DNA from: an uncultured Clostridia bacterium
GTDB taxonomy: Bacteria > Bacillota > Clostridia > Christensenellales > CAG-138
Direction of reading: 5' to 3'
Length of the DNA: 64,000 nucleotides
NCBI GenBank assembly: GCA_946411635.1
Contig: CAMKES010000001.1
Coordinates: forward strand, 151,696 to 215,695
A program made the position numbers and the translations under genes. Below are positions 1 through 9,895 of the stretch, one piece after another. The notes below the pieces were generated by a model that worked only from the letters and a program-made list of their open reading frames with translations, had not been told where the DNA came from and did not search any database. Numbering within the stretch: position 1 is the first letter of the stretch; each line of letters starts with the position of its first letter.

Positions 1-28
1 CGGCATCCACTGAGAAACGAGGCACGGT

Positions 29-601
29 ATGGAAAAAGAGAGTGCAGTCAACCTCATCGACAGGATCCTTGCCGACGCCCGCGAGGCGGCCGGGAAGGTG
101 CTTGCCGACGCCGAGGCTTCCTGCAACGGCATCCGTGAATCGCAGAACGCAGAGATCGCGAAGAAAAACGAACGGTTCGACAAAGACATTGCGCGCGAGA
201 CCGAGATCATTCTGAACGGCTGCCGCACGCGCGCCGAGCTGGACGGACGAAAAGAAACGCTCCGCGCCAAGCGCGCGCTGCTCGACGGCGTGTTCGAAAA
301 AGCCTACGCGAATATGCTCGATCTTCCTGCCGAAAAGCGCGAGGCGCTGTATCGCTCGATCCTTCTCAGAGAGGCGAAGGAGAACGATACGGTCGCGCCG
401 GCAAAGCGGGACCGCGACGCGGTCAGAGCCGCGGCGGCCGGGCTTCCGTTCGCGATCCGTCTTTCCGATTCCGACGCGGAAACGGAAGCGGGCTTCGTTC
501 TGTTCGGCGACGGCTACGAAAAGGACTGCTCGATGAAGGCGATCCTCAAAGAGCTGCGCGACGCGGAGGAAACGAACGTCGCGAAGATCCTGTTCCGGTA
601 A
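29..601 (+). CDS. atpE: V-type ATP synthase subunit E
   Basis: 190 aa, highly charged helical N-terminus typical of the V/A-ATPase stator subunit E. First gene of a contiguous E-C-F-A-B-D block. Confidence 0.8.
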   Translation: MEKESAVNLIDRILADAREAAGKVLADAEASCNGIRESQNAEIAKKNERFDKDIARETEIILNGCRTRAELDGRKETLRAKRALLDGVFEKAYANMLDLPAEKREALYRSILLREAKENDTVAPAKRDRDAVRAAAAGLPFAIRLSDSDAETEAGFVLFGDGYEKDCSMKAILKELRDAEETNVAKILFR

Positions 602-615
602 GAGAGGAGAGAACT

Positions 616-1605
616 ATGCCGCAACCGAGTTACGCATACGCATGTGCGAGGCTGTCCGCGCTGAACAAGCGGCTCATCGAGCCGCAGACGCTTCAGCGCA
701 TGCTGGACGGCACCGCTTCGGATGCGATGCGCGCATTGTCCGACGTTCGCTACGGCAACCTTTCCGACGCAACGGAAGCCGACGTCGAGCGCATGATCGA
801 GCGGGAAATGACCGATGCGATGAACGAGGTCCGGGAACTGTCCCCGAACCCCGCGATCACGGATCTGTTCCTGCTGCGTGCGGACGTGCAGAACCTCAAA
901 GTGCTTTTGAAAGCGCGGCTTCTGAATCAGACGGACGCCGTGTTCACGCCCGGCGGTCTTTACGATCGCGAGACGCTTTCCGCCATGGTCAAGGACAAAC
1001 AGTACGCCGCGCTTCCGGCGATCCTCTGCGAGGCGATGAACGCGCTGGAAAAGCGTCTGGAGATCCGCGTCGAGCCGCAGGTCATCTCGATCGCGCTCGA
1101 CCGCGCGTACCTCAGGCACGCGCTCGAGACGTCGAAAAAGCATCCGGTCTTCTCGCAGTATTTCCGCGCGGAGGCGGACTTCGACAACGTGCTGACGTTC
1201 CTGCGGCTTCGCGCCATGGGCGCCTCGATCGAAACGCTCGACGAGGTCATTCTGCCCGAGGGCGGCGTGAAGTACGCCGATCTGTACAACGCGTATGAGC
1301 TGTCGTTCGACGCGCTGAACCGGATCCTCGGCGAAAGCGTCTGCAGGGAAGCGCTGCTGAACGGACTGAACGCCATGCAGCGCACGGGCAGTATTTCCGA
1401 AGTCGAAAAGGCGCGCGACAACTACCTTTTGTCGCTGCTGTCGTCCCACAAATACGAAAGCGAAACGATCTATCCGATCGTCGGCTACTATCTTGCGAAG
1501 GAGCGCGAGGGCAGAGCGGTCCGCCTGATCATTACGGGCAAGCGGAACGGCATCCCCGACAGCGTGATCCGCGAAAGGCTGGTGAGACTGTATGGCGAAC
1601 GGTAA
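616..1605 (+). CDS. atpC: V-type ATP synthase subunit C
   Basis: 329 aa ORF between E and F, in the canonical V-ATPase order. Size and helical-repeat character fit subunit C (d-type). Confidence 0.75.
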   Translation: MPQPSYAYACARLSALNKRLIEPQTLQRMLDGTASDAMRALSDVRYGNLSDATEADVERMIEREMTDAMNEVRELSPNPAITDLFLLRADVQNLKVLLKARLLNQTDAVFTPGGLYDRETLSAMVKDKQYAALPAILCEAMNALEKRLEIRVEPQVISIALDRAYLRHALETSKKHPVFSQYFRAEADFDNVLTFLRLRAMGASIETLDEVILPEGGVKYADLYNAYELSFDALNRILGESVCREALLNGLNAMQRTGSISEVEKARDNYLLSLLSSHKYESETIYPIVGYYLAKEREGRAVRLIITGKRNGIPDSVIRERLVRLYGER

Positions 1606-1915
1606 GTGCGCGGTCATCGGCGACCGCGATTCCGTGCTGCTGTTCAAGGCGGTCGGCATCGAAGTCTATGACGTGACGGACGGCGAGCAGGCGAACAAAA
1701 CGCTGCACCGTCTCGCGCGGCTCGACTACGCGGTCGTCTACGTAACGGAGACGTACTATCCCGCGTGCGACGAAACGATCCGCGAGTTTCAGGGCGAAGC
1801 GTATCCGGCGATCATTCCGATCCCGGACGCGTCCGGAACGCAGGGGATCGGCATGCGCGCGATCCGGGAGAACGTCGAAAAGGCGGTCGGTTTGGATATT
1901 TTGAGCAATTCATGA
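1592..1915 (+). CDS. atpF: V-type ATP synthase subunit F
   Basis: 107 aa; N-terminus [20 protein letters not shown] is typical of V-ATPase F. Overlaps the end of the C gene. Confidence 0.8.
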   Translation: MANGKCAVIGDRDSVLLFKAVGIEVYDVTDGEQANKTLHRLARLDYAVVYVTETYYPACDETIREFQGEAYPAIIPIPDASGTQGIGMRAIRENVEKAVGLDILSNS

Positions 1916-1928
1916 CAGGAGAAAGAGT

Positions 1929-3692
1929 ATGCAAGGTACTATCGTAAAGGTTTCGGGGCCCTTGATCGTTGCGAGCGGCATGGCCGACGTGCAGATGTTC
2001 GACGTCGTCCGTGTTTCGGAAAAGCACCTGATCGGTGAAGTCATCGAGCTGCGTGAGGATAAGGCGTCCATTCAGGTTTACGAGGAAACCGGCGGCATCG
2101 GCCCCGGCGAACCGGTCTATTCGACCGGCGCGCCGCTTTCGGTCGAACTGGCGCCGGGCCTCATCGAATCCATCTATGACGGGATCCAGCGTCCGCTGAA
2201 CAAGATCCGCGAGCAGGCGGGCGACCGCATCACGCGCGGCATCACGGTCGATTCGCTGGACCACGAAAAGCTCTGGCATTTCGTTCCCGCGGCGAAGGTC
2301 GGCGACGAACTCGTGCCCGGCGACGTGCTCGGCACCGTGCAGGAGACCGAAGCGGTCCTGCATAAGATCATGGTCCCGCCGAACGTCAGCGGCAGGCTTG
2401 CCTGGATCTTCGAAGGCGACGCGAATATTGTGACCCCGATCGCGAAGCTCGAGAAGGACGGCAAAACGGTCGAACTGCCGATGCTGCAGAAGTGGCCGGT
2501 CCGCAAGGGCAGACCGTACGCCGAAAAGCTCGCGCCGAACGAGCCGATGGTCACCGGCCAGCGCGTCATTGATACGCTGTTCCCGGTCGCAAAGGGCGGC
2601 GTCGCGGCGGTCCCCGGTCCGTTCGGAAGCGGCAAGACGGTCGTTCAGCACCAGCTTGCAAAATGGGCGGATGCGGACATCATCGTTTACGTCGGCTGCG
2701 GCGAACGCGGCAACGAAATGACGGACGTTCTGATGGAGTTCCCCGAGCTTAAGGACCCGCGCACGGGTCTGTCGCTGATGAAGCGCACCGTGCTCATCGC
2801 GAACACGTCCGACATGCCGGTCGCGGCGCGCGAGGCGTCCATCTATACCGGCATCACGATCGCGGAGTATTTCCGCGACATGGGCTATAAGGTCGCGATC
2901 ATGGCGGACTCCACGAGCCGCTGGGCGGAGGCGCTCCGCGAAATGTCCGGCCGTCTCGAGGAGATGCCGGGCGAGGAAGGATATCCCGCGTATCTGTCCT
3001 CCCGTCTTGCGGAGTTCTATGAGCGCGCCGGCAGCGTGAAGACGCTCGGCAGCGAGGGCAGAGAAGGCGCGGTCACGGCGATCGGCGCGGTCTCCCCGCC
3101 GGGCGGCGATATTTCCGAACCGGTCTCCCAGGCGACGCTCCGCATCGTCAAGGTGTACTGGGGCCTTTCGTCCAAGCTTGCGTACGCGCGTCACTTCCCG
3201 GCGATCGACTGGCTGCAGTCGTATTCGCTGTATCAGGACCGTCTCGCGCCCTGGTTCAACAACGAAGTCAGCAACGAATGGTCGAATCTCGTTTCGCGCA
3301 CCATGCATCTTCTGCAGGTCGAGAGCGAGCTCGACGAGATCGTCCGGCTCGTCGGTATCGACGCGCTGTCCTTCAAGGACCGTCTGACGCTCGAGGCCGC
3401 GCGCAGCATCCGCGAGGACTATCTGCACCAGAACGCGTTCCACGAGGTCGATACCTACACGTCGCCGAAGAAGCAGTTCATGATGCTCAAGGCGATCATG
3501 ACGAACTACGAGAAGAACCTCGAAGCGCTCGAGAAGGACGCTTCGTTCCGCGCGCTGCTCAACCTGCCGGTCCGTGAGCGCATCGGCAGGCTGAAATACG
3601 TCCCCGAGGCGGAGGCCGAAGCGGAATACAACGCGATCATGAAGGACATGAACGAACAGATCACGGCGCTGACGGAAGGAGGACAGTTCTGA
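1929..3692 (+). CDS. atpA: V-type ATP synthase catalytic subunit A
   Basis: 587 aa with Walker A GPFGSGKT and the conserved motifs [13 protein letters not shown] and [10 protein letters not shown]. Confidence 0.97.
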   Translation: MQGTIVKVSGPLIVASGMADVQMFDVVRVSEKHLIGEVIELREDKASIQVYEETGGIGPGEPVYSTGAPLSVELAPGLIESIYDGIQRPLNKIREQAGDRITRGITVDSLDHEKLWHFVPAAKVGDELVPGDVLGTVQETEAVLHKIMVPPNVSGRLAWIFEGDANIVTPIAKLEKDGKTVELPMLQKWPVRKGRPYAEKLAPNEPMVTGQRVIDTLFPVAKGGVAAVPGPFGSGKTVVQHQLAKWADADIIVYVGCGERGNEMTDVLMEFPELKDPRTGLSLMKRTVLIANTSDMPVAAREASIYTGITIAEYFRDMGYKVAIMADSTSRWAEALREMSGRLEEMPGEEGYPAYLSSRLAEFYERAGSVKTLGSEGREGAVTAIGAVSPPGGDISEPVSQATLRIVKVYWGLSSKLAYARHFPAIDWLQSYSLYQDRLAPWFNNEVSNEWSNLVSRTMHLLQVESELDEIVRLVGIDALSFKDRLTLEAARSIREDYLHQNAFHEVDTYTSPKKQFMMLKAIMTNYEKNLEALEKDASFRALLNLPVRERIGRLKYVPEAEAEAEYNAIMKDMNEQITALTEGGQF

Positions 3693-5065
3693 TGCGTAAG
3701 GAATATCGAACCATTTCCGAGGTCGTCGGCCCGCTGATGCTGGTTAAGGACGTCGAGGGCGTCAAGTACGACGAACTGGTCGAGATCGAACAGGCGGACG
3801 GCGCGATCCGCCGCGGCCGCGTTCTGGAAATCAACGGCGACAAGGCCATGGTACAGCTGTTCGAGGGCTCGCAGGGTCTGCGTATTTCGAACAGCAAAGC
3901 GCGTTTCCTCGGTCACTCCATCGAACTGGACGTCGCGCCCGACATGCTCGGCCGCGTCTTCGACGGCATGGGCAAGCCGAAGGACGGCGGTCCCGCGCTG
4001 ATCGCGGAAAAACATCTCGACATCAACGGCACGGCGATGAACCCCGCCGCGCGCGACTATCCGTCCGAGTTCATTCAGACGGGCATCTCCGCCATCGACG
4101 GTCTGAATACGCTCGTCCGCGGACAGAAGCTTCCGGTGTTCTCCGGCAGCGGTCTGCCGCACGCGAACCTCGCGGCGCAGATCGCGCGTCAGGCGAAGGT
4201 CCTCGGCAGCGATGAGAAGTTCGCGGTCGTGTTCGCCGCGGTCGGCATCACGTTCGAGGAAGCCGACTTCTTCATCAACGACTTCCGGCAGACCGGCGCG
4301 ATCGAGCGTACGGTCACGTTCATCAACCTGGCGAACGACCCGGCGATCGAGCGTATTTCCACGCCGCGTATGGCGATCACCGCCGCGGAATACCTTGCGT
4401 ACGACCTCGGCATGCAGGTGCTCGTCATCATCACGGACATTACGAACTATGCCGAAGCGCTGCGCGAAGTATCCGCCGCGCGTAAGGAAGTTCCCGGCCG
4501 CCGCGGCTACCCGGGCTATATGTACACCGACCTTGCGACGATGTACGAGCGCGCGGGCCGTATCCGCGGCAACAAGGGCTCGATCACGATGATCCCGATC
4601 CTGTCGATGCCCGAAGACGACGTCACGCACCCGATCCCGGACCTGACCGGCTACATCACCGAGGGACAGATCATCCTTTCCCGCGAGCTGTACCGCAAGG
4701 GCCTGACGCCGCCGATCAACGTTCTGCCGTCGCTTTCCCGTCTGAAGGACAAGGGCATCGGCAAGGGCAAGACGCGCGAGGATCACGCGGACACGATGAA
4801 CCAGCTCTTCTCGGCGTATTCCCGCGGCAAGGACGCGAAGGAACTCGCGGTCATCCTCGGCGACGCGGCGCTGTCCGACACGGATAAGCTTTACGCGAAG
4901 TTTGCCGACGAATTCGAAGCGAGATACGTTTCGCAGGGCTACTATACGAACCGTTCGATCGAAGAAACGCTGGATCTCGGCTGGGAGCTTCTCAGGATCC
5001 TGCCGAAGTCCGAACTCAAACGTATCAAGGACGTTTACATCGAAAAATACTACGAGGAGGCGTAA
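3692..5065 (+). CDS. atpB: V-type ATP synthase subunit B
   Basis: 457 aa; start overlaps the A-gene stop (TGATG). Conserved motifs [36 protein letters not shown]. Confidence 0.97.
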   Translation: MRKEYRTISEVVGPLMLVKDVEGVKYDELVEIEQADGAIRRGRVLEINGDKAMVQLFEGSQGLRISNSKARFLGHSIELDVAPDMLGRVFDGMGKPKDGGPALIAEKHLDINGTAMNPAARDYPSEFIQTGISAIDGLNTLVRGQKLPVFSGSGLPHANLAAQIARQAKVLGSDEKFAVVFAAVGITFEEADFFINDFRQTGAIERTVTFINLANDPAIERISTPRMAITAAEYLAYDLGMQVLVIITDITNYAEALREVSAARKEVPGRRGYPGYMYTDLATMYERAGRIRGNKGSITMIPILSMPEDDVTHPIPDLTGYITEGQIILSRELYRKGLTPPINVLPSLSRLKDKGIGKGKTREDHADTMNQLFSAYSRGKDAKELAVILGDAALSDTDKLYAKFADEFEARYVSQGYYTNRSIEETLDLGWELLRILPKSELKRIKDVYIEKYYEEA

Positions 5066-5068
5066 GCC

Positions 5069-5695
5069 GTGGCTCTGCAGTATAAGCCCACGCGCATGGA
5101 ACTGTCCAACCTGAAAAAACGCAGGACGGTCGCCATCCGCGGACACAAAATGATGAAGGATAAACGCGACGAGCTCGTGCGCCGCTTCATCGGTCTTGCG
5201 CGCAGAAACAAAGCGCTGCGTCTGGAAACCGAGAAAAAACTCGGGGAAGCGATGCAGAACTTCGTTCTTGCCCGCGCCATGATGAGCGGCAACGAGATCG
5301 AAGAGGCGCTGATGTATCCGGCGCGCGCGATCCGGATCGACGCGGGCAGGCAGAACGTGCTGTCCATCCCGGTCCCGAAGCTTTCGCTCGACACGAAGGA
5401 CGGGTTCGTCTATCCGTACGGCTTCGCCACCACCGGCGCGGACCTCGACGGCGCGGTACAGGCGCTTGCGGAGATCCTGCCGCTGATGCTCGAACTGGCC
5501 GAGGTCGAGAAGGCGACGAGCCGGCTCGCCGACGAGATCGAAAAGACCCGCCGCCGCGTCAACGCGCTCGAATACGTCATGATCCCGCAGTTCGACGCCG
5601 CGATCCACGACATCCAGATGAAACTCGAAGAAAACGAGCGCGGCAATACGTCGCGGCTCATGAAGACCAAGGAGATGCTCGCAAAGGAAGCATGA
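5069..5695 (+). CDS. atpD: V-type ATP synthase subunit D
   Basis: 208 aa; PTRMELSNLKKRRTVAIRGHKMMKDKRDEL is typical of the central-stalk subunit D. Confidence 0.9.
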   Translation: MALQYKPTRMELSNLKKRRTVAIRGHKMMKDKRDELVRRFIGLARRNKALRLETEKKLGEAMQNFVLARAMMSGNEIEEALMYPARAIRIDAGRQNVLSIPVPKLSLDTKDGFVYPYGFATTGADLDGAVQALAEILPLMLELAEVEKATSRLADEIEKTRRRVNALEYVMIPQFDAAIHDIQMKLEENERGNTSRLMKTKEMLAKEA

Positions 5696-6612
5696 CGGAT
5701 CTGCACGCGCTTCTGAAAAACGCGGGCTTCGCGGAAGGGTTTCTGCTTCCCGTCGCCCCCTATACGGACTGGACACGCCATCGCAACGATGGCGTGTTTC
5801 ATCCGAACGCCGATCCGCTTGCGGCCGATCCGCGATCGGCGTATCCGTGGGCGAACGCCGTTCTGATCTGCGTGTATCCGTACACGCCGTATGACGACGA
5901 ATCGCTCGTCGCCTCGTATTATCCGGCGAGCAACCGCGCGTATCACGCCATGAAGCGGCTTCTTGCGCTGCTGAAGGCGCAGGGGATCCGTGCCGAGCGC
6001 GCCGATACGCCCTACCGCGAGCAGCTTGCGTCGTACGGCATCGGTTCCCGCATGGACAATCAGCTTCTGTATCTGGAACCGTACGGCACGTACTGCAATC
6101 TGCAGGGCGCGATGCTCGCGCTGCCGGAGCCGGTGGAGTATGAACCGCGACGCGAGCCGAAGGAGGTCTGCGACCACTGCGGGCTCTGCAGGGCCGTCTG
6201 CTTCGGCGCGATCGAGGGGGATTACGCATTCGACTGGACGCGCTGCGTGCATACGTACATGGAGGGCGATCCGATGCCGGAGACCGCCATGAAACAGCTT
6301 CCGTCGCTTTTGGGCTGTATGCGCTGTCAGTCGGTCTGTCCGAAGAATCCGAAGGAGACCGTTCCGGTCCCGGAGGAGATCCGGCGCGTGCTCGATCCGG
6401 TCGCGGTGCTCCGAGGCAACCGGCAGGAGGCGGGGGAACTGATCGGCAAAAACCTCGCCGCGCCGAAGCGCCTTTTGCGGCAGGCGATCGTGCTTGCGGC
6501 AAACCGGAACCGCACCGACGCGCTGCCGTTTCTTCTGAAACTGCGCGAAACGGACGGCGACCGGTTCAAAGCGGAACTCGATTACGCAATTTCCCTCTTG
6601 CAAAATCGGTGA
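5692..6612 (+). CDS. QueG-like (epoxyqueuosine reductase family) 4Fe-4S protein
   Basis: 306 aa with two Cys clusters, CDHCGLCRAVC and CMRCQSVCP, followed by a HEAT-like C-terminal repeat (LRQAIVLAANRNRTDALPFLLKL). ATGA overlap with the atpD stop. Confidence 0.6.
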   Translation: MTDLHALLKNAGFAEGFLLPVAPYTDWTRHRNDGVFHPNADPLAADPRSAYPWANAVLICVYPYTPYDDESLVASYYPASNRAYHAMKRLLALLKAQGIRAERADTPYREQLASYGIGSRMDNQLLYLEPYGTYCNLQGAMLALPEPVEYEPRREPKEVCDHCGLCRAVCFGAIEGDYAFDWTRCVHTYMEGDPMPETAMKQLPSLLGCMRCQSVCPKNPKETVPVPEEIRRVLDPVAVLRGNRQEAGELIGKNLAAPKRLLRQAIVLAANRNRTDALPFLLKLRETDGDRFKAELDYAISLLQNR

Positions 6613-6626
6613 GATGCGATTATAAT
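6598..6626 (+). promoter_or_regulatory. sigma-A type promoter for SRP RNA (TTGCAA-17 nt-TATAAT)
   Basis: TTGCAA at 6598-6603, exact 17-nt spacer, TATAAT at 6621-6626. The RNA 5' helix begins 5-8 nt downstream. The promoter lies inside the 3' end of the QueG-like CDS. Confidence 0.7.
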
Positions 6627-6630
6627 GTTT

Positions 6631-6897
6631 CATGCACTAAGCGGGGAGATAGCGGTGCCCTGTACTCGCAATCCGCTACAGCGAGGCCGAATCCCCGTCC
6701 CGAGGCCAATTGTTGTGAGGTCGGTCTCAATACGGAGCGTTGATGCGCGGGTCCCGTGCAATCGCACGCCGTGAACCGTGTCAGGTCCTGACGGAAGCAG
6801 CACTAAGCGGATCGTACGATGTGCCGCGGGGTCACCTGCGAGGAGCCACCGGTTGAGGGTCCACTCGGAGCAAGCGGTCGAAGGACGGGTGTGCATG
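6631..6897 (+). ncRNA. ffs: Signal recognition particle RNA, long Bacillus-type (with Alu domain)
   Basis: Contains the universal domain IV motif GTCAGGTCCTGACGGAAGCAGC. The Alu-domain segment GCACTAAGCGGGGAGATAGCGGTGCCCTGTAC...GGCCGAATCCCC is nearly identical to B. subtilis scRNA. 5' CATGCAC pairs with 3' GTGCATG. Ends are accurate to within a few nt. Confidence 0.9.
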
Positions 6898-6907
6898 TTT
6901 TTTACGG

Positions 6908-6935
6908 AAAAAACCGGGCGAAAAGCCCGGTTTTT
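6908..6935. terminator. Bidirectional rho-independent terminator
   Basis: Hairpin CCGGGC-gaaaa-GCCCGG flanked by an A-run and a T-run. Sits between SRP RNA (+) and the convergent zinc-ribbon gene (-). Confidence 0.8.
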
Positions 6936-6988
6936 GCTTGATGAAAAAAGAGCGTACGGATCGTTCCGTGCGCTCTTTCGTATTTCGA

Positions 6989-7669
6989 TCAGATAATATC
7001 GTTCAGCACGTTCGGCACGTCGTCAAGGGAAACGTACCATTTCCCGTTCACCTTGAATACGACGATCTCTTCCGTTCCGCTGTCACCGTAATACGAGTTC
7101 AGACGGACCGTTACTTCCTGAGCTTCCGAAATATAGTACTTGCCCGTTCTGTATTTCCGGTTATAGTACGAATTGAGGTCTTCGAGATCATCCCGGTCAA
7201 GAGCGCGGCTTCCGACGATCGTGACGCCGGAGACTCTCTGCGATTGGCCGTATTCCTTGCGATACGAATCGATTTCCGCCTGCGCATTTTTCAGCTGACG
7301 CTGGAATTCCGAGCGGGACATGCCTTCCTCCCGGAGCACATAGTCCAGTACTTCGTCGGGAACGGAAGCCTCAAGCATGCCTTCCAGATCCTCGTTGAAA
7401 TACGCTTTGACGAACTTATTGATCACGCCCTCGGGCGAATTGGATCCGCCGCCGACGAGCACGATGATCAGCACGACCGCAAGGATCGCGACAGCCGCGC
7501 CCGCAAGGATGCCGATCAGCGCCTTATTGCTGAGCTTTTTGCGCGGCGCGCGTACAGGCTTCGGTCCGGAAACGACGGCGGCCGGCGCCTGTCCGTCCGC
7601 CCCTGTTCCGCAGTTCGGGCAGAACTTGTCGTCATCGTTCATGTAGGTTCCGCATTTGCTGCAATACAT
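6989..7669 (-). CDS. Zinc-ribbon membrane protein, unknown function
   Basis: Start chosen at MYCSKCG..., preceded by SD GAGGGGGAG. The upstream TTG/ATG codons lie inside the promoter -10. Zinc ribbon CSKCG...CPNCG, one TM segment, then an extracytoplasmic domain. Confidence 0.7.
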   Translation of the reverse strand: MYCSKCGTYMNDDDKFCPNCGTGADGQAPAAVVSGPKPVRAPRKKLSNKALIGILAGAAVAILAVVLIIVLVGGGSNSPEGVINKFVKAYFNEDLEGMLEASVPDEVLDYVLREEGMSRSEFQRQLKNAQAEIDSYRKEYGQSQRVSGVTIVGSRALDRDDLEDLNSYYNRKYRTGKYYISEAQEVTVRLNSYYGDSGTEEIVVFKVNGKWYVSLDDVPNVLNDII

Positions 7670-7719
7670 AGTTTCTCCCCCTCGTATGGTTTTGTTCGCG
7701 TCCTGCGATTCCGACATCA

Positions 7720-7748
7720 ATTTTACCGTATCGGCCGGGAGGTGTCAA
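7720..7748 (-). promoter_or_regulatory. sigma-A type promoter (TTGACA-17-TAAAAT)
   Basis: The minus strand reads TTGACA cctcccggccgatacgg TAAAAT. Drives the zinc-ribbon gene. Confidence 0.65.
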
Positions 7749-7759
7749 CGGAAAACGAC

Positions 7760-7788
7760 AAAAAAGCGCGGAAAACCCGCGCTTTTTG
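7760..7788 (-). terminator. Rho-independent terminator after the tmk-like gene
   Basis: GC hairpin AGCGCGG-aaaa-CCGCGCT with flanking A and T runs. Confidence 0.75.
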
Positions 7789-7801
7789 CGTATGATCCGG
7801 G

Positions 7802-8470
7802 TTACAGCCCCAACTTCGGCAGCACGACCGATTCGATGCGCTTCGCGATCTCGTCGATCGGCAGCAGCACGCCTTCCTCGGTGCAGAGGATCAGCTCCAC
7901 GTTCGGGATCCGCTGCGCGTACTCCGCGTACTTTCTGCGTGCGCGCGTCTGGATCGAATCGATGCTTTCATACACGTCGCGCGCGTTTCCGATGTATTCG
8001 CGGAATCCCTTCTTGTCGACGTTGCCCGCCGCGCTTTCAGTGTCCATGTCGAGGACCAGATGCAGATCGGGCACCGGAATTCCGAAGTGCTCGTGCTCAA
8101 GCGCGAGGCAGAAATCGAGGATGTCCGGCTTGTCGAGGTCGATGTCGCGGATGCTCTGATAGACCGCGTTCGAAAGCACGTAACGGTTGATCAGCAGCAC
8201 GTCGGCGTCGGCGTAATCGAGCGTTTTGAATGCCTCGAACCGGTCAAGCGCGAACCAAAGCGCCATGCTCTTTCCGTCGACGGTGTTTGCGGCGATCCCG
8301 TCCTTTGCGGACAGATACCGCCCGACCATGCCGCCGAAGAACGTATCGTACATGGGGAAGGAGATCTCCTTCACGCGCAGGCCGCGTTTTTGAAGCGTCT
8401 CGGAAAGACGCGCCATCTGAACGCTTTTGCCGGTTCCGTCGATGCCCTCAAAGGCGATGATCTTCGTCAT
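7802..8470 (-). CDS. tmk: Thymidylate (dTMP) kinase family protein
   Basis: 222 aa; P-loop FEGIDGTGKS at the N-terminus with overall dNMP-kinase layout. ATGA overlap with the dapL stop. Confidence 0.6.
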   Translation of the reverse strand: MTKIIAFEGIDGTGKSVQMARLSETLQKRGLRVKEISFPMYDTFFGGMVGRYLSAKDGIAANTVDGKSMALWFALDRFEAFKTLDYADADVLLINRYVLSNAVYQSIRDIDLDKPDILDFCLALEHEHFGIPVPDLHLVLDMDTESAAGNVDKKGFREYIGNARDVYESIDSIQTRARRKYAEYAQRIPNVELILCTEEGVLLPIDEIAKRIESVVLPKLGL

Positions 8471-9696
8471 GCTTTGCCTCCTTTGATGCGCTCCATCGCG
8501 CGGATCGTATTCTCTCTGGTCGCGAACGCCGTCATGCGGAAATAGCCTTCGCCGGCTTTGCCAAAGCCCGCGCCCGGCGTTCCGATGATGTGGCAGCGGT
8601 CCAGAAGCTCGTCGTAGAACGCCCAGCTGTCTCCGCCGGGGACCTTGATCCAGACGTACGGCGCGTTCTGTCCGCCGTAAACGGTGTAGCCGGCGGCTTC
8701 CAGCGAGGTGCGGATGATGCGCGCGTTTTCCATATAATAGTTGACGGTGTTCATGATCTCGCCGTAGCCTTCGTTATACGCGGCAGCGGCGGCGACCTGC
8801 GTGACGTACGCGACGCCGTTGAACTTGGTCGAAATGCGGCGCGCCCAGAGATCGCGCAGACGCACGGTGTTGCCGGCCTCGTCCCTGCAGACGAGGTCCT
8901 TCGGCACGACGGTATAGGCGCAGCGCGTTCCGGTGAAGCCCGCGGTCTTGCTCATCGAGCGGAACTCGACGGCGCAGGTCCGCGCGCCCTCGATCTCGTA
9001 GATCGAATGCGGCAGCTCCGGATCGCGGATATACGCCTCGTACGCGGAATCGTACAGCAGGATCGCGCCGTTTTTGTTGCAGTAATCGACGAACGGCTTC
9101 AGCTGCCCGCGCGTGAGCGTCGCGCCGGTCGGATTGTTCGGATAGCAGAGATAGATCGCGTCGACCGGCTCCTTCGGAAGCTCCGGAACGAAATCGTTCT
9201 CCGCAGTCGCGGGAAGATACGTGATGTTCGCGTAGCCGCCCTTGACGGGATCGAACGCGCCGCTTCTTCCGCCCATCACGTTCGTGTCGACGTAGACGGG
9301 GTAGACGGGGTCAAGCACCGCGATGCGGCAGCTGCGTGAGAAGAGCTCCTGAAAATTGCCGACGTCGCATTTGGCGCCGTCCGAAACGAAGATCTCGTCC
9401 TGCGAAACGTCGATCCCGCGCGAAACGTAGTCGCGCTTATGGATCGCTTCACGCAAAAACTCGTAGCCGAAATCGGGCGCGTATCCGTGGAACGTTTCGG
9501 CGCGGCTCATTTCATCGACCGCGCGATGCATGGCGGAGATGACGGCGGGGACGAGCGGCTGCGTGACGTCGCCGATCCCCATGCGGATCAGCTCGGCGTC
9601 CGGATGCGCCTCGGCATAGGCGCGGGCGCGCTTGCCCACTTCGTAGAACAGATAATTGCCTTTGAGATTTGCGTAATCGCCGTTTGCGGTAAACAT
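8467..9696 (-). CDS. dapL: LL-diaminopimelate aminotransferase
   Basis: 409 aa. N-terminus NGDYANLKGNYLFYEVGKRARAYAEAHPDAELIRMGIGDVTQPL, plus the PLP-lysine region SMSKTAGFTGTRCAYTVVP, are typical of DapL. Confidence 0.85.
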   Translation of the reverse strand: MFTANGDYANLKGNYLFYEVGKRARAYAEAHPDAELIRMGIGDVTQPLVPAVISAMHRAVDEMSRAETFHGYAPDFGYEFLREAIHKRDYVSRGIDVSQDEIFVSDGAKCDVGNFQELFSRSCRIAVLDPVYPVYVDTNVMGGRSGAFDPVKGGYANITYLPATAENDFVPELPKEPVDAIYLCYPNNPTGATLTRGQLKPFVDYCNKNGAILLYDSAYEAYIRDPELPHSIYEIEGARTCAVEFRSMSKTAGFTGTRCAYTVVPKDLVCRDEAGNTVRLRDLWARRISTKFNGVAYVTQVAAAAAYNEGYGEIMNTVNYYMENARIIRTSLEAAGYTVYGGQNAPYVWIKVPGGDSWAFYDELLDRCHIIGTPGAGFGKAGEGYFRMTAFATRENTIRAMERIKGGKA

Positions 9697-9725
9697 AGAG
9701 GGGTCCTCCCGTTCAAAATCATTTT

Positions 9726-9754
9726 ATTATAGCATATCCGACACGCAGGTACAA
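9726..9754 (-). promoter_or_regulatory. sigma-A type promoter for dapL (TTGTAC-17-TATAAT)
   Basis: The minus strand reads TTGTAC ctgcgtgtcggatatgc TATAAT. About 30-nt leader with SD GGGAGG. Confidence 0.6.
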
Positions 9755-9895
9755 GATGATTCTGTCGCTTTCCGGAGAAACGCATCGCCCCGGGGACGAT
9801 CCGGACGAACCGGCTCGGATCGGCAAAGGAAAAACCGGCTCCCGTTCGCGCAAAACCGCCGGACGCCGATACGTATAAACCGGTACAATACCGGT

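Noticed and set aside
3506-6502. A very long antisense ORF (998 aa). Many similar ORFs lie opposite real genes, for example 10393-12729, 22241-23689, 28693-30144, 50392-52197, 35686-36843 and 59895-61268.
   Set aside because: - They lie exactly opposite strongly supported genes (V-ATPase, spoIIE, mntP, spoIIIA, and others).
- Their translations are Arg/Ala/Pro/Gly-rich low-complexity strings with no recognisable motifs, and they lack SD sequences.
- This is the expected stop-codon depletion on the antisense strand of GC-rich coding DNA.
9697-9725. Lysine riboswitch (L-box) upstream of dapL, or THF riboswitch upstream of folT (51644-51672).
   Set aside because: In both cases a good sigma-A promoter lies only about 25-35 nt from the start codon. 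That leaves far too little leader for either riboswitch.
9737-9809. Spo0A-box-like heptamers: TCCGACA (complement TGTCGGA) at 9737-9743, TGTCGCT at 9763-9769, and GGACGAA at 9803-9809.
   Set aside because: - Each has one or two mismatches to TGTCGAA.
- The best one lies inside the dapL promoter spacer.
- Such near-matches are expected by chance.

They are kept only as a note under the spoIIE finding.
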